A stretch of DNA of 64,000 bases from positions 32,001 through 96,000 of IMG/VR virus record IMGVR_UViG_3300005542_000007; one strand, written 5' to 3'. This document shows positions 1 through 8,920 of the stretch, piece by piece (the stretch's first letter is position 1; every line of letters starts with the position of its first letter). The notes under the pieces were generated by a model. That model was not told where the DNA came from and did not search any database. It worked only from the letters and a program-made list of their open reading frames with translations. Source of the DNA: a virus. Both the position numbers and the translations under genes were made by a program.

Positions 1-546
1 GATACAAATTTGAATATAAATGTAGCTTCAACTATCGGCTTTCCATTTGGCACATCAAGTATTGAATCAAAAGTGGCAGAAATGCAGCAAGCGTTCAATG
101 ATGGGGCCGTTGAGTTCGATGTCGTAATCAATTTGAGTGCCGTAAAAACCCACGACTGGTTGAGGGTGAAACATGAATTAGAAGCTCTACGATCAGCAGT
201 TCCAGATTTTATAAATAAATTTCATCCCACCCTTAAGATAATTTTAGAAGTGGGAATGCTTACAGATGACGAAATCAAAAAAGCATCTGAATTATGCATT
301 GAAACTAATTGCGACTTTTTGAAAACGAGCACAGGAATCAATGTAGAATTGGCACCAGCCAAGACAGCCGAGTATGTCAGAATGCTCAAAGATTTCTCAA
401 AGGGTTCTAAAATTAAGGTGAAGGCCAGCGGATATATAAAAACGCTTAGTGATTTCAACATGATGTTGGATGCAGGAGCAGATAGGATTGGAGTATCAAG
501 AACAGTGCAAATTTTAGAGGAGTTTTTAAAAGGAGAGAAACGATGA
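1..546 (+). CDS. deoC: Deoxyribose-phosphate aldolase (5'-truncated at window edge)
   Basis: Motifs IGFPFG, EFDVVIN, LKIILE, FLKTSTG (Schiff-base Lys), VKASG, GADRIG; frame is open from base 1. Confidence 0.92.
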   Translation, partial: DTNLNINVASTIGFPFGTSSIESKVAEMQQAFNDGAVEFDVVINLSAVKTHDWLRVKHELEALRSAVPDFINKFHPTLKIILEVGMLTDDEIKKASELCIETNCDFLKTSTGINVELAPAKTAEYVRMLKDFSKGSKIKVKASGYIKTLSDFNMMLDAGADRIGVSRTVQILEEFLKGEKR

Positions 547-980
547 GTGAGAAATATTACGTGAGTGATGGAAATGGCGGTAAGGAAGTGTCAATCCCAG
601 TTCGTGAGGACCCATTTAAAGCGATTTTAGCGAAGCCAGAGGCCCCAAAGAGCGAAGAAAAGGCCCCAGAGCCTGTCCAAGTAGCTGGTGACGATTTAGC
701 CCAGGAATCAAAAGCTGCATTTAGTGGAAAAGAAGAAGGAATGGTTCCCGAGCAGCCAAAAGAAGTTGTTTACGGCCATTGCAATAATTGTCGTTTGGAA
801 TTGACAGAAGATAAAGTAGTGAAAACTCCAATCGATTATATACGCGCTGAGGATGGAACCTTAACGAAAGCGGCTTCTCGTTTCAGTATTTTCTGCAAAA
901 ATTGTATGAAGTTTGTTACGATTATTGACCGGGACGCGCAAAAGCTTTTGAACGATATGATACGTAAGAATGTTCGCTAA
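543..980 (+). CDS. Hypothetical protein with two CxxC pairs
   Basis: ATGA overlap with deoC stop, AGGAG RBS; HCNNC and FCKNC. Confidence 0.65.
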   Translation: MSEKYYVSDGNGGKEVSIPVREDPFKAILAKPEAPKSEEKAPEPVQVAGDDLAQESKAAFSGKEEGMVPEQPKEVVYGHCNNCRLELTEDKVVKTPIDYIRAEDGTLTKAASRFSIFCKNCMKFVTIIDRDAQKLLNDMIRKNVR

Positions 981-1005
981 GACCAGGAGAAATAGGTAAA
1001 CTAAA

Positions 1006-1224
1006 ATGATCGCTACTGCCGAGGTTCCAATGATCAAATTCACTGAAAATAGAATTTTATGTCCTAATTGTCAACGCAATAACAATTTTGAAATTGTTAT
1101 TAAGCAAGAGGATTCTAAATACTATTTGGGTGAGAAGTGCCCCAAGTGCGACCATTTTGAAGATTTTAGAGAAGTGACGAAACGAGAAGCTTTAAAGTAT
1201 TTAGTTTTGGAAGACCTTCAGTAA
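1006..1224 (+). CDS. Small zinc-ribbon protein
   Basis: CPNC...CPKC; purine-rich RBS upstream. Confidence 0.65.
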   Translation: MIATAEVPMIKFTENRILCPNCQRNNNFEIVIKQEDSKYYLGEKCPKCDHFEDFREVTKREALKYLVLEDLQ

Positions 1225-1261
1225 CCCCGCCGTATAAATCTGCCGCATAAGGAATCCCGTT

Positions 1262-1912
1262 ATGAAAAAGTTTTTATTGGGGCTTGTCGCCCTTTCTTTG
1301 TTGTTTTCTGCCTGTACGCCCCATGATGTTGCCGTTGCCAAGAGAATTTCCAAATCCACTGTTCTAGTTCACATTCGTTTAAGAAAAGGTGAAAGAACAG
1401 GCGGAGCACTTTGTAGTGGTGTTGTAGTCTCTCCCAATGAAATTCTTTTAGCGGCCCATTGCGTCAATCCCCCAGAAGGGATTTCAATAGATAAAATTTG
1501 GGTTCGTGATTTTAATGACAGGGTACAAGAAGCAACAGTAGAAAGAAAAGAACCACAGCAAGATTTGGCAATCCTCAAAGTTAAGAAGCGGGAAATACCT
1601 GCAAGAATTGGTAGTGAGGTTCGTGTAGGACAGCCTGTAATTGTTGTTGGGATGCCGCTTGGCGTTGAGTGGTGTGTCACAAAGGGAATAGTTTCTAAAA
1701 CAGATGTGAAAGTGGAGACGGTTCCTTACGCCATATTTTTCATTACAGATGCAACAGTGCTTCCAGGAAACAGTGGTGGTGGAGTTTGGAATGAACGTGG
1801 AGAGCTTGTAGGAATTGTTAGTATGAGCACTTCTATTCTTGGGGGATTTGGAGCAGCGGGATTGGGAATTATTGTTGATACTGAAACTGTAAGAGGATTT
1901 TTGGACAGATAA
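1262..1912 (+). CDS. Trypsin-like (S1/HtrA-type, no PDZ) serine protease, predicted lipoprotein
   Basis: Catalytic triad motifs LAAHC, DLAIL, PGNSGG; N-terminal MKKFLLGLVALSLLFSAC signal with lipobox-like Cys. Confidence 0.9.
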   Translation: MKKFLLGLVALSLLFSACTPHDVAVAKRISKSTVLVHIRLRKGERTGGALCSGVVVSPNEILLAAHCVNPPEGISIDKIWVRDFNDRVQEATVERKEPQQDLAILKVKKREIPARIGSEVRVGQPVIVVGMPLGVEWCVTKGIVSKTDVKVETVPYAIFFITDATVLPGNSGGGVWNERGELVGIVSMSTSILGGFGAAGLGIIVDTETVRGFLDR

Positions 1913-1919
1913 ATTAAAA

Positions 1920-4900
1920 ATGAAAAAGATTGTAGCTAATATTCTCGATTGGCCTAAGCCGTCACTTGAGCCAGCTATATGGAGTGAAGATAATACCCTG
2001 AAACCAGAGGTAAAGAAATTTATCCTCGATTTCATTTCTTCGTTTGCCCAAGCGAATAATTTTAAAGCAACAGACCAATGGATTACTGAAGTGAAGTTTG
2101 TGGGGTCTTTGACAACCAATTGTTGGAATTCCAATTCTGATATGGATATTCACATTGGGGTGGACCTTCCCAAGTTTGTTGAAGTAGAACGACCCGAGAT
2201 GTCTGATAAAGAAGCCAGTAATTACTTGGACGAGATTCGTAAACAGGTTGACCAAGTAAAAGCAAAGGTACCAGGAACAGAACATCCCACTGAAATTTAT
2301 TTTGAAACTGAATTTACAACTCATGCCAGTCAAGCATTCTCTGGTACCTATTCTGTTTTAGAAGATAAATGGTTGGTTGAGCCACATATTGTTGGGCAGG
2401 ATTTTGACATCTCCACATTACATCCAGACCTATTAAATTTAGCTAAAGAAACGGCCTCCGAGCTTGATGCTGCTTTCGGTGAAATTAAACGCGATGTGGC
2501 AGATATTAAAGAGCTTAACGAAACCATTAATGATTGGCCAGCCGAACAACGATCCCTTTTTGAGAAAAAACTCCAAAAACGATTAGAGGACCTCGAATCA
2601 GAAATTAAAGAGCTTGTTGTTATTCGTGAAGATGTAGCAGAGAAGCGCAAACATTATGATGCAGTATCGGAGCAAGAGGTCCGATTTAAGTACCTCCAGA
2701 AGTATTTTTACATGCACGTTCTCACCGACCTTAAAACCCTCCTAAAACAATCCCCCGAACTATCTGTGAAAGATATTCCAGTTGTTGAGAATATTATGCA
2801 ACAAGCTAATCTAAAACTCGCCTATCATGAAGATGAAAATAGAATCCTTGTAGATATGGATGACACTATTTGTCATGAAACTTCCGATAATGAATGTGGT
2901 GAACCAATGGAAGGAGTTAAAGAAGCCCTTACGAAGCTTAAAGAACAGGGTTTTGAGATTGTTATTTTTAGTCACCGCGCAGATGAGAAGCACGGCGAAG
3001 ATGAGATTAAAAAATATTTAGAGGTTCATGAAATTCCCTACGATTCTATATTCCAAGGGGAGAAGCCACTAGCTAAATTTTATGTAGACGACCGAGCAAT
3101 TCATTTTGATAATTGGAACAGTGTATTAAAGCAGATTGAGAAATCTGCATCCCTTCCCAACGGATACTGGATTGATCCTTCTGGAAAAAGATACCCTGTA
3201 ACTGGATTATCTGGCGGCATGTCCCACGTTGATTTTATTTATAAGCATTTTGGGGTAGGCCGAAAAGACTTCGATAAAAAAGAAAAGGAGATGTTTAAAG
3301 AGGGTTGGTCTAGAATTTCACACGACTATACAAGTGAGCAACAATTTTTTATTCAAGTTGGAAATTTAAGAAACCTACCACCGTATTTAGATGGTTTTAT
3401 CGCTGAATTTTATAAACCAAACGATCCTGTTAAAGGCATTTTAATGGAAGATGGAAAGGAATATATTACTGTAAATGATCCTTTCCCCTCTCTACAAGAA
3501 GCTGTTAACGAAGAATTGAAAAGGCCCAAAATAGAATCCTCAATCGATCTTCCAATTATCGACCCCAAGACTTTTCAACGTAAAGAACCATATGCCCTTT
3601 TCATTGGCACAGGTGATTATGGCAGTGCTGGTAAAATTGATATGTTCAATGTGTATGGCAAGCATCCCATGATTACAGAATCTAATGCCGTGCCTACAGT
3701 TACATTGGATACATTGGTTAAAGAGAATATTCCAGTGATTGGCAAGGAACCTCGTGCAGGAGATAAGCAGCCAGTGCAGGATATCTCAGGGTTGGTTAAA
3801 CAAGCTCAATTAGGCTCTAAATACGATTATTCTTCTACCCATTTTCTTCTACCAACCAATATTGCCGAAAAGATTATTAGGTGGGGAGTGGAAAATATTC
3901 CAGAGGAGGAGATTGTTCACGACCCAGATGGAACAAAGGGAATCCAAGTTGAGAGTCACGTTACGCTGAAATACGGATTGCTAACCGATGACTTTGAAGA
4001 GGTAAAGAGAGTATTGGATGGTGAAAAAGCGCCTCATATTAAATTTGGAAAGACTTCTTTCTTCGAACCAGAAGGCAAGGATTACGATGTAGTAGTTATT
4101 GAGGTTGAAAGTGAAGATTTACAGGATTTAAGCAAAAAGCTTTGCTCTCAGGTCAAATGCAATGATGAGCATGATGGATACAATCCGCATGTAACTGTTG
4201 CTTATGTGAAGAAAGGACTTGGGAAGAAGTATGAAGGTAAGGACATCATAACCGGAGAGGAAATTTATCTAGATACTTTAACCTTTTCGCCCAAGGAAGG
4301 CGAACCAAGACAATTGGAACTGAAGAATAAAGTGAAAAAAAATGCGTCCGATTATGTGCATCGAGCGTATAACCCACAAAATCCTACCGCACCAGATATA
4401 TTTATTTATAAAAATCCATCCTTAGAGAAATTTAAGCAGCTATATATTGAATCTGGTATGGGCCTTAGATACTTTATAACTAACAGCGGTGATATGTGGG
4501 TTTGGGATTCTTTAGAACTTATACATCAAGACGTAGCAGAACAATTGGGTTATGATTACAACACAGCCTTTGAAGATTTGGGACAAGTAGAAGACGACAA
4601 AACTTTTAATAAATTTATAAAATTTTATTTTTCTAAGCCACAAAAAGAATCATCCTTCATGCCAAGTAATACCGATCTAGCTCCAAGTAATGATTGGAGT
4701 GGAGATGTAGGATGGCCTGGGAATGAAGAGATGGACCCCGTATGGCCCAGAGGTGACGGAGAAAATTATTATTCGCCAATGGATGATCGTCCACGAGAGA
4801 AAAGTGTTTGGTGGAAGCTTTTAAATATGTTTAAGAAACAACAGCCAATGAGTAAGAAAGATGTTGTGCCTGTGAAAGAGGCTTCTTCCAATGTTTTTAT

Positions 4901-6755
4901 GTTAGAAACAGATTCTGGATTGCAAACCAAAGCATTAAGAGATCCCACTCCAGAACAAGCTGGAAATTTATTTAATAGTACTCGTGGAGAGGTTCACCAG
5001 CTTCGTTGGTTTATCCCAATTGATGGACACCTTTATATGTGGGATGCCTATGATTTAACCCATTGGGATGCCATAAAGCAAATAGGAATTCCAGCTACTA
5101 AATTAGCTGAAGATATAAATACTGGAGTTGCACGTACAGATCAGGAAGCCGAAATAATTGCTGAAGAATTTAAAGAATTTGGTTTTGTTAATATGAATAA
5201 ACAAGCAAAACAATGGACAACACCTAAAGAACCAGTTAACCAACCAGGAATGTCTTGGCAATGGGCTGATTATATTTACGATTACATAGCTGAAATGTGG
5301 AGAGATTTGTTGCATGACTGGCTTGGACTTGATCCAGATAATTATGTGAAACCTGTTATTTTAATCCAAGAGATTTACGAAGACGAAGGCGTTGTATCAG
5401 CCTGGGTCCATTTGGAATTCATCAATAAAGCTGGCACTTCGGATGCCTTTATGAAGTTTGTTATTTCGGCCAAGATTGAAGGTGAAGAGAATGTTGAACC
5501 AGAAGGCAGGGAATACTACGAACACTTAACGGATTGGGAAATGGAAGTGGTGGATTATGGGAAGAGTGACGAACTAGAGAAGAGTTCTAGTTATGGTCCA
5601 ACAAATTACAAAGGGCCTTCTGTAGCTGATGAACTTTACCAAGATTCCCCATATCGCATGAATGTCACGTATTCGCCCGAAGAGGATGAAGAGTTGATGG
5701 ATCAAAACGGGAAAGGTGGATACCCCAATCGCTGGATGAGTAGGCACCGTGGACCTTACTACACGAACGAAGGCAAAGTAGTAAAGATGCTTGAAGAGAC
5801 GAGCGCCCTAGAAACTTTACCAGAACAACAGCCAATGCCAGAGCAAGCTAATACTGCTGTTATGACGGATGACGGATCTATTTATTATAGTAACGATCCA
5901 TACATGATTCATGTTAAGTTGATTAGAGAATTTGGCATTCCTGTTGAAAGAATTATCAGTGGTGGACATATAGTAGATGGAGTTTATTATGATACTGGTT
6001 CTAGGTCAGATACGATGCGATACGTTGAAAGGGAACTTGCTAAAAAAAGAGTTGAACAAAAGCACAAAGCATTAGGAAGGAAAGATATTAAAGCAGACAT
6101 TTCAGGTCAAGTAATTAACAATATTTTGAAGCTCATCCAACAAACTGGCGGAGCTACGTACAATTTAAGCAAAGGAAATCTCGTCGGAACAAATGCTTTT
6201 GCTGTGGCTATTTATCCTGACCGAGAGCAGATAGTTGAGGGCATTGATTTTGATACGTTGGAAGGATACGTTGCACAGAACGAAGATTTGCTTTCTAATT
6301 CCAATAATTCTTTTGGTGCGTGGGTTTCAAATGGGAAAGTATATCTGGATGTGGTTGCTACCGTACCAACGAAAGAACAAGCGATGGAGTTGGGTTACAG
6401 GCATAAGCAGCTTGCAATCTTTGACCTCAAGAATTTAGTTGAGATTCCATTGCAGAGAGTGGCAAAATTAGCTGCTGCTGTAAGCGATAAAGAGCAACAG
6501 GCATACTATGATAAAATATTTTCAGATAGGTGGCGCGATTCATCCGATCCCATAGATGGCGGTAATGAATACAACAAGGGTTGGAGTGAACTTAATGGCA
6601 ATGATTTTCCAGGGCCAAAAGATTTGGATAAAGAAAGAGCATTGCTTGACCAACTTGAAAAGCCTGTTAATCGTAATAATCCGGTTGGTTTGGGTGAATA
6701 TGCAATCACTTATTATGATGCTTTTCCCGACCAGGGTGACCAGGGCGGTATCTAA
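1920..6755 (+). CDS. Multidomain polyprotein (nucleotidyltransferase + HAD phosphatase + 2H phosphoesterase + small unknown domains), putative internal head protein
   Basis: GSLT..SDMDIH Pol-beta NTase motif (~2100-2155); DMDDT HAD motif I (2853) and YVDDRA motif IV; HVTL (3957) and HVTV (4188) 2H motifs; domains separated by K-x-A/S linkers. Confidence 0.8.
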   Translation: MKKIVANILDWPKPSLEPAIWSEDNTLKPEVKKFILDFISSFAQANNFKATDQWITEVKFVGSLTTNCWNSNSDMDIHIGVDLPKFVEVERPEMSDKEASNYLDEIRKQVDQVKAKVPGTEHPTEIYFETEFTTHASQAFSGTYSVLEDKWLVEPHIVGQDFDISTLHPDLLNLAKETASELDAAFGEIKRDVADIKELNETINDWPAEQRSLFEKKLQKRLEDLESEIKELVVIREDVAEKRKHYDAVSEQEVRFKYLQKYFYMHVLTDLKTLLKQSPELSVKDIPVVENIMQQANLKLAYHEDENRILVDMDDTICHETSDNECGEPMEGVKEALTKLKEQGFEIVIFSHRADEKHGEDEIKKYLEVHEIPYDSIFQGEKPLAKFYVDDRAIHFDNWNSVLKQIEKSASLPNGYWIDPSGKRYPVTGLSGGMSHVDFIYKHFGVGRKDFDKKEKEMFKEGWSRISHDYTSEQQFFIQVGNLRNLPPYLDGFIAEFYKPNDPVKGILMEDGKEYITVNDPFPSLQEAVNEELKRPKIESSIDLPIIDPKTFQRKEPYALFIGTGDYGSAGKIDMFNVYGKHPMITESNAVPTVTLDTLVKENIPVIGKEPRAGDKQPVQDISGLVKQAQLGSKYDYSSTHFLLPTNIAEKIIRWGVENIPEEEIVHDPDGTKGIQVESHVTLKYGLLTDDFEEVKRVLDGEKAPHIKFGKTSFFEPEGKDYDVVVIEVESEDLQDLSKKLCSQVKCNDEHDGYNPHVTVAYVKKGLGKKYEGKDIITGEEIYLDTLTFSPKEGEPRQLELKNKVKKNASDYVHRAYNPQNPTAPDIFIYKNPSLEKFKQLYIESGMGLRYFITNSGDMWVWDSLELIHQDVAEQLGYDYNTAFEDLGQVEDDKTFNKFIKFYFSKPQKESSFMPSNTDLAPSNDWSGDVGWPGNEEMDPVWPRGDGENYYSPMDDRPREKSVWWKLLNMFKKQQPMSKKDVVPVKEASSNVFMLETDSGLQTKALRDPTPEQAGNLFNSTRGEVHQLRWFIPIDGHLYMWDAYDLTHWDAIKQIGIPATKLAEDINTGVARTDQEAEIIAEEFKEFGFVNMNKQAKQWTTPKEPVNQPGMSWQWADYIYDYIAEMWRDLLHDWLGLDPDNYVKPVILIQEIYEDEGVVSAWVHLEFINKAGTSDAFMKFVISAKIEGEENVEPEGREYYEHLTDWEMEVVDYGKSDELEKSSSYGPTNYKGPSVADELYQDSPYRMNVTYSPEEDEELMDQNGKGGYPNRWMSRHRGPYYTNEGKVVKMLEETSALETLPEQQPMPEQANTAVMTDDGSIYYSNDPYMIHVKLIREFGIPVERIISGGHIVDGVYYDTGSRSDTMRYVERELAKKRVEQKHKALGRKDIKADISGQVINNILKLIQQTGGATYNLSKGNLVGTNAFAVAIYPDREQIVEGIDFDTLEGYVAQNEDLLSNSNNSFGAWVSNGKVYLDVVATVPTKEQAMELGYRHKQLAIFDLKNLVEIPLQRVAKLAAAVSDKEQQAYYDKIFSDRWRDSSDPIDGGNEYNKGWSELNGNDFPGPKDLDKERALLDQLEKPVNRNNPVGLGEYAITYYDAFPDQGDQGGI

Positions 6756-6760
6756 AACCC

Positions 6761-6796
6761 CCCTTAAAAATATAATAAAATCAGGTATTATTAGGG
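6761..6796 (+). promoter_or_regulatory. Conserved 36-bp intergenic element, copy 1 (putative late promoter/operator)
   Basis: CCCTTAAAAATATAATAAAATCAGGTATTATTAGGG; near-identical copies at 16816 and 44420. Confidence 0.7.
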
Positions 6797-6865
6797 AATG
6801 CTGTACCTACGCCCACAATTTTTATTTTAGAAGTAATTTTAATTAGACGTTTTTGGAGGTATCAA

Positions 6866-8029
6866 ATGAAAGATGTAACTCGTGAAAATTTCGAACGTGC
6901 TGAAAAAGAATTAAAGAAACAAGCTGAAGAGCTTGTTAATAAAGTTGAGCCCACTCCTACTATCCCAGAGATACAGGAAGTAGAGGCCGACCTCAAGGAT
7001 TTTTCTCTTACTGATAATGGAGCTTATTTGTCAGTCGCTCATCCAGCATTGCATGATGCTATGATTGGCGTGGTATCCAAGAACGAATACTCCAATGGCA
7101 ATAAAGAAGCTATTTTACGATCTGTTTTAGAAAATAAATTCGCTGATTACGTTTCAACGCACTCCCTTAAAATTGTTGGTTCTTTCACAGAACCCACAAT
7201 CAATCCCGCCCCTAAAGAAGAGGTGGTTGTAATTCCTGTCGAAAAGAAAGCTTCTGAAGAAAAACAAATTGAACCCGCCAAAGAAATAACCTCCGACCTT
7301 CCTCTACTCCGGTCTGCTGATTCTTTTCGCCAGAGCGTAGAAACGGTCGCTTTCCGATCCTCAGAAAAGCTTAATCGTTTTGTTACTGCTGCTACCAACG
7401 GCCTTGTTGAACATCTCAAGGGATTGCGTTATGACATGCCAAAGGTAACAGAAATCGATGCTGCTAATTTGTCAGAAAATGGTGAGAGTTTCAACGGTTT
7501 CATTACTGCTTCTGTTTCCTTAGAAAATGCAACAGGACCCAAATATTTAAACCTTCCAATTACAATCTCCGCTTCTAAAGTTGTTTATCCCAACGAGAAA
7601 GAAACAGCAGATTTTGTTTCTAAAGGCATTGATCTTCGCTCTAAACTTGAAGAAACTCTTGCTCTCGAAACTCTTACAGCAATGGCCAAGGTTGACGCTG
7701 AACAAGAATGGATTGACGAAAATGTATCGAACATCCTTTCTGAACGAACGGCTGAAATAAAGAAACAGGCTTCGGATTACACCGACGGAATCGCGTCGGT
7801 AAATCCAGGTTCACACATAAAAATGCAGAAACACCTGCTTCCAGGAGAATTAGAATCATGGGATGTAGGCGATTGTATTTACTCCGACGGGAAGAAATTT
7901 AAATTGGTTAGTAAGGGTGACGGCATAGACAGCAATGATAAGAACGCTGGAAGTGCGAGTCTTTGGGATTTCGTAGAATGTCTTCCTGATGAAGCTAGTA
8001 AAGAAACAAAGGCTGATATTCCCCGCTAA
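6866..8029 (+). CDS. Hypothetical protein, putative head-associated
   Basis: GGAGG RBS, 387 aa, KKAS and KQAS motifs, follows conserved intergenic element. Confidence 0.6.
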   Translation: MKDVTRENFERAEKELKKQAEELVNKVEPTPTIPEIQEVEADLKDFSLTDNGAYLSVAHPALHDAMIGVVSKNEYSNGNKEAILRSVLENKFADYVSTHSLKIVGSFTEPTINPAPKEEVVVIPVEKKASEEKQIEPAKEITSDLPLLRSADSFRQSVETVAFRSSEKLNRFVTAATNGLVEHLKGLRYDMPKVTEIDAANLSENGESFNGFITASVSLENATGPKYLNLPITISASKVVYPNEKETADFVSKGIDLRSKLEETLALETLTAMAKVDAEQEWIDENVSNILSERTAEIKKQASDYTDGIASVNPGSHIKMQKHLLPGELESWDVGDCIYSDGKKFKLVSKGDGIDSNDKNAGSASLWDFVECLPDEASKETKADIPR

Positions 8030-8035
8030 ATAAAA

Positions 8036-8908
8036 ATGAAACATGCACACAACTTTGTTGATTTAACAGGACAAGTATTTAACTTACTTACAGTTATTAA
8101 ATATCTTTATACTAAAAATAAAAAGGCCCATTGGCTTTGCAAATGTGCATGTGGAGATTCAAAATACGTTATTGCTTGTACACAGACCCTCAAGGAGAAT
8201 CGTACCAAATCTTGTGGTTGTTGGAAACAGGAGTCTTTCCGCAAAAGATCCACAACTCATGGTTTTAAATCCTCCGGCATATTTGAAAGCAATTTTTATG
8301 ATTTGTGGGGCGGTATGAAGGCGCGTTGTTTTAATCCCAATCATAAATCTTATCCCGACTATGGCGGTCGCGGAATAACTGTTTGCGATAGGTGGCTAAA
8401 ATTTGAAAACTTTCGAGATGATATGTGGAAAGAGTATTTACAAAGACGACAAGCTGGTGAAATTATTTCTCTGGATCGTCTTGAAGTAATGGGAAACTAC
8501 AAACTCTCTAATTGTAAATGGGCCACGGATATAGAGCAGGGTAAAAATACAAGAGCCTACGCGCAGTCAGAAAATCATAAAGAGCATGTTTATTGGAAAA
8601 ACTACATTGGCTCTTCTCTCAGCAGGTTGATTGCCCACCGCTGTAAAAGATCTAAAGTTATTGAGCCTTACTTAGGCTGTTCATTTTTAGAATTTAAACA
8701 ACACATTGATAGCCAGTTTCAACCAGGAATGTCCTGGGATAATTATGGCCGGGGTGTTGGAAAGTGGGAAATCGACCATATTTTAGGTTGTAACAATTTC
8801 GATCTTTCCAAAGAAATAGATCGTTTAAAATGTTTTAACTACACAAATCTCCGACCTTTTTGGAGTAGTGCAAATAGGCAAAAGAGTAGAATTTTAGTAT
8901 CTCGTTAG
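8036..8908 (+). CDS. Free-standing HNH homing endonuclease (two nuclease-like modules)
   Basis: N-terminal DLTGQ.F..L..WLCKC.CG..KSCGC..YGGRGI.VCDRW..F.NF..DM module; C-terminal LGCS..F.PGMSWDNYG..WEIDHI..NYTNLRP HNH module. Confidence 0.85.
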   Translation: MKHAHNFVDLTGQVFNLLTVIKYLYTKNKKAHWLCKCACGDSKYVIACTQTLKENRTKSCGCWKQESFRKRSTTHGFKSSGIFESNFYDLWGGMKARCFNPNHKSYPDYGGRGITVCDRWLKFENFRDDMWKEYLQRRQAGEIISLDRLEVMGNYKLSNCKWATDIEQGKNTRAYAQSENHKEHVYWKNYIGSSLSRLIAHRCKRSKVIEPYLGCSFLEFKQHIDSQFQPGMSWDNYGRGVGKWEIDHILGCNNFDLSKEIDRLKCFNYTNLRPFWSSANRQKSRILVSR

Positions 8909-8920
8909 GAGCCTCACAAA

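Noticed and set aside
6100-6450. C-terminal polyprotein domain as SAM lyase (T3 SAMase-like)
   Set aside because: Only a vague G...Q.AI pattern; not enough to assign without a structure search
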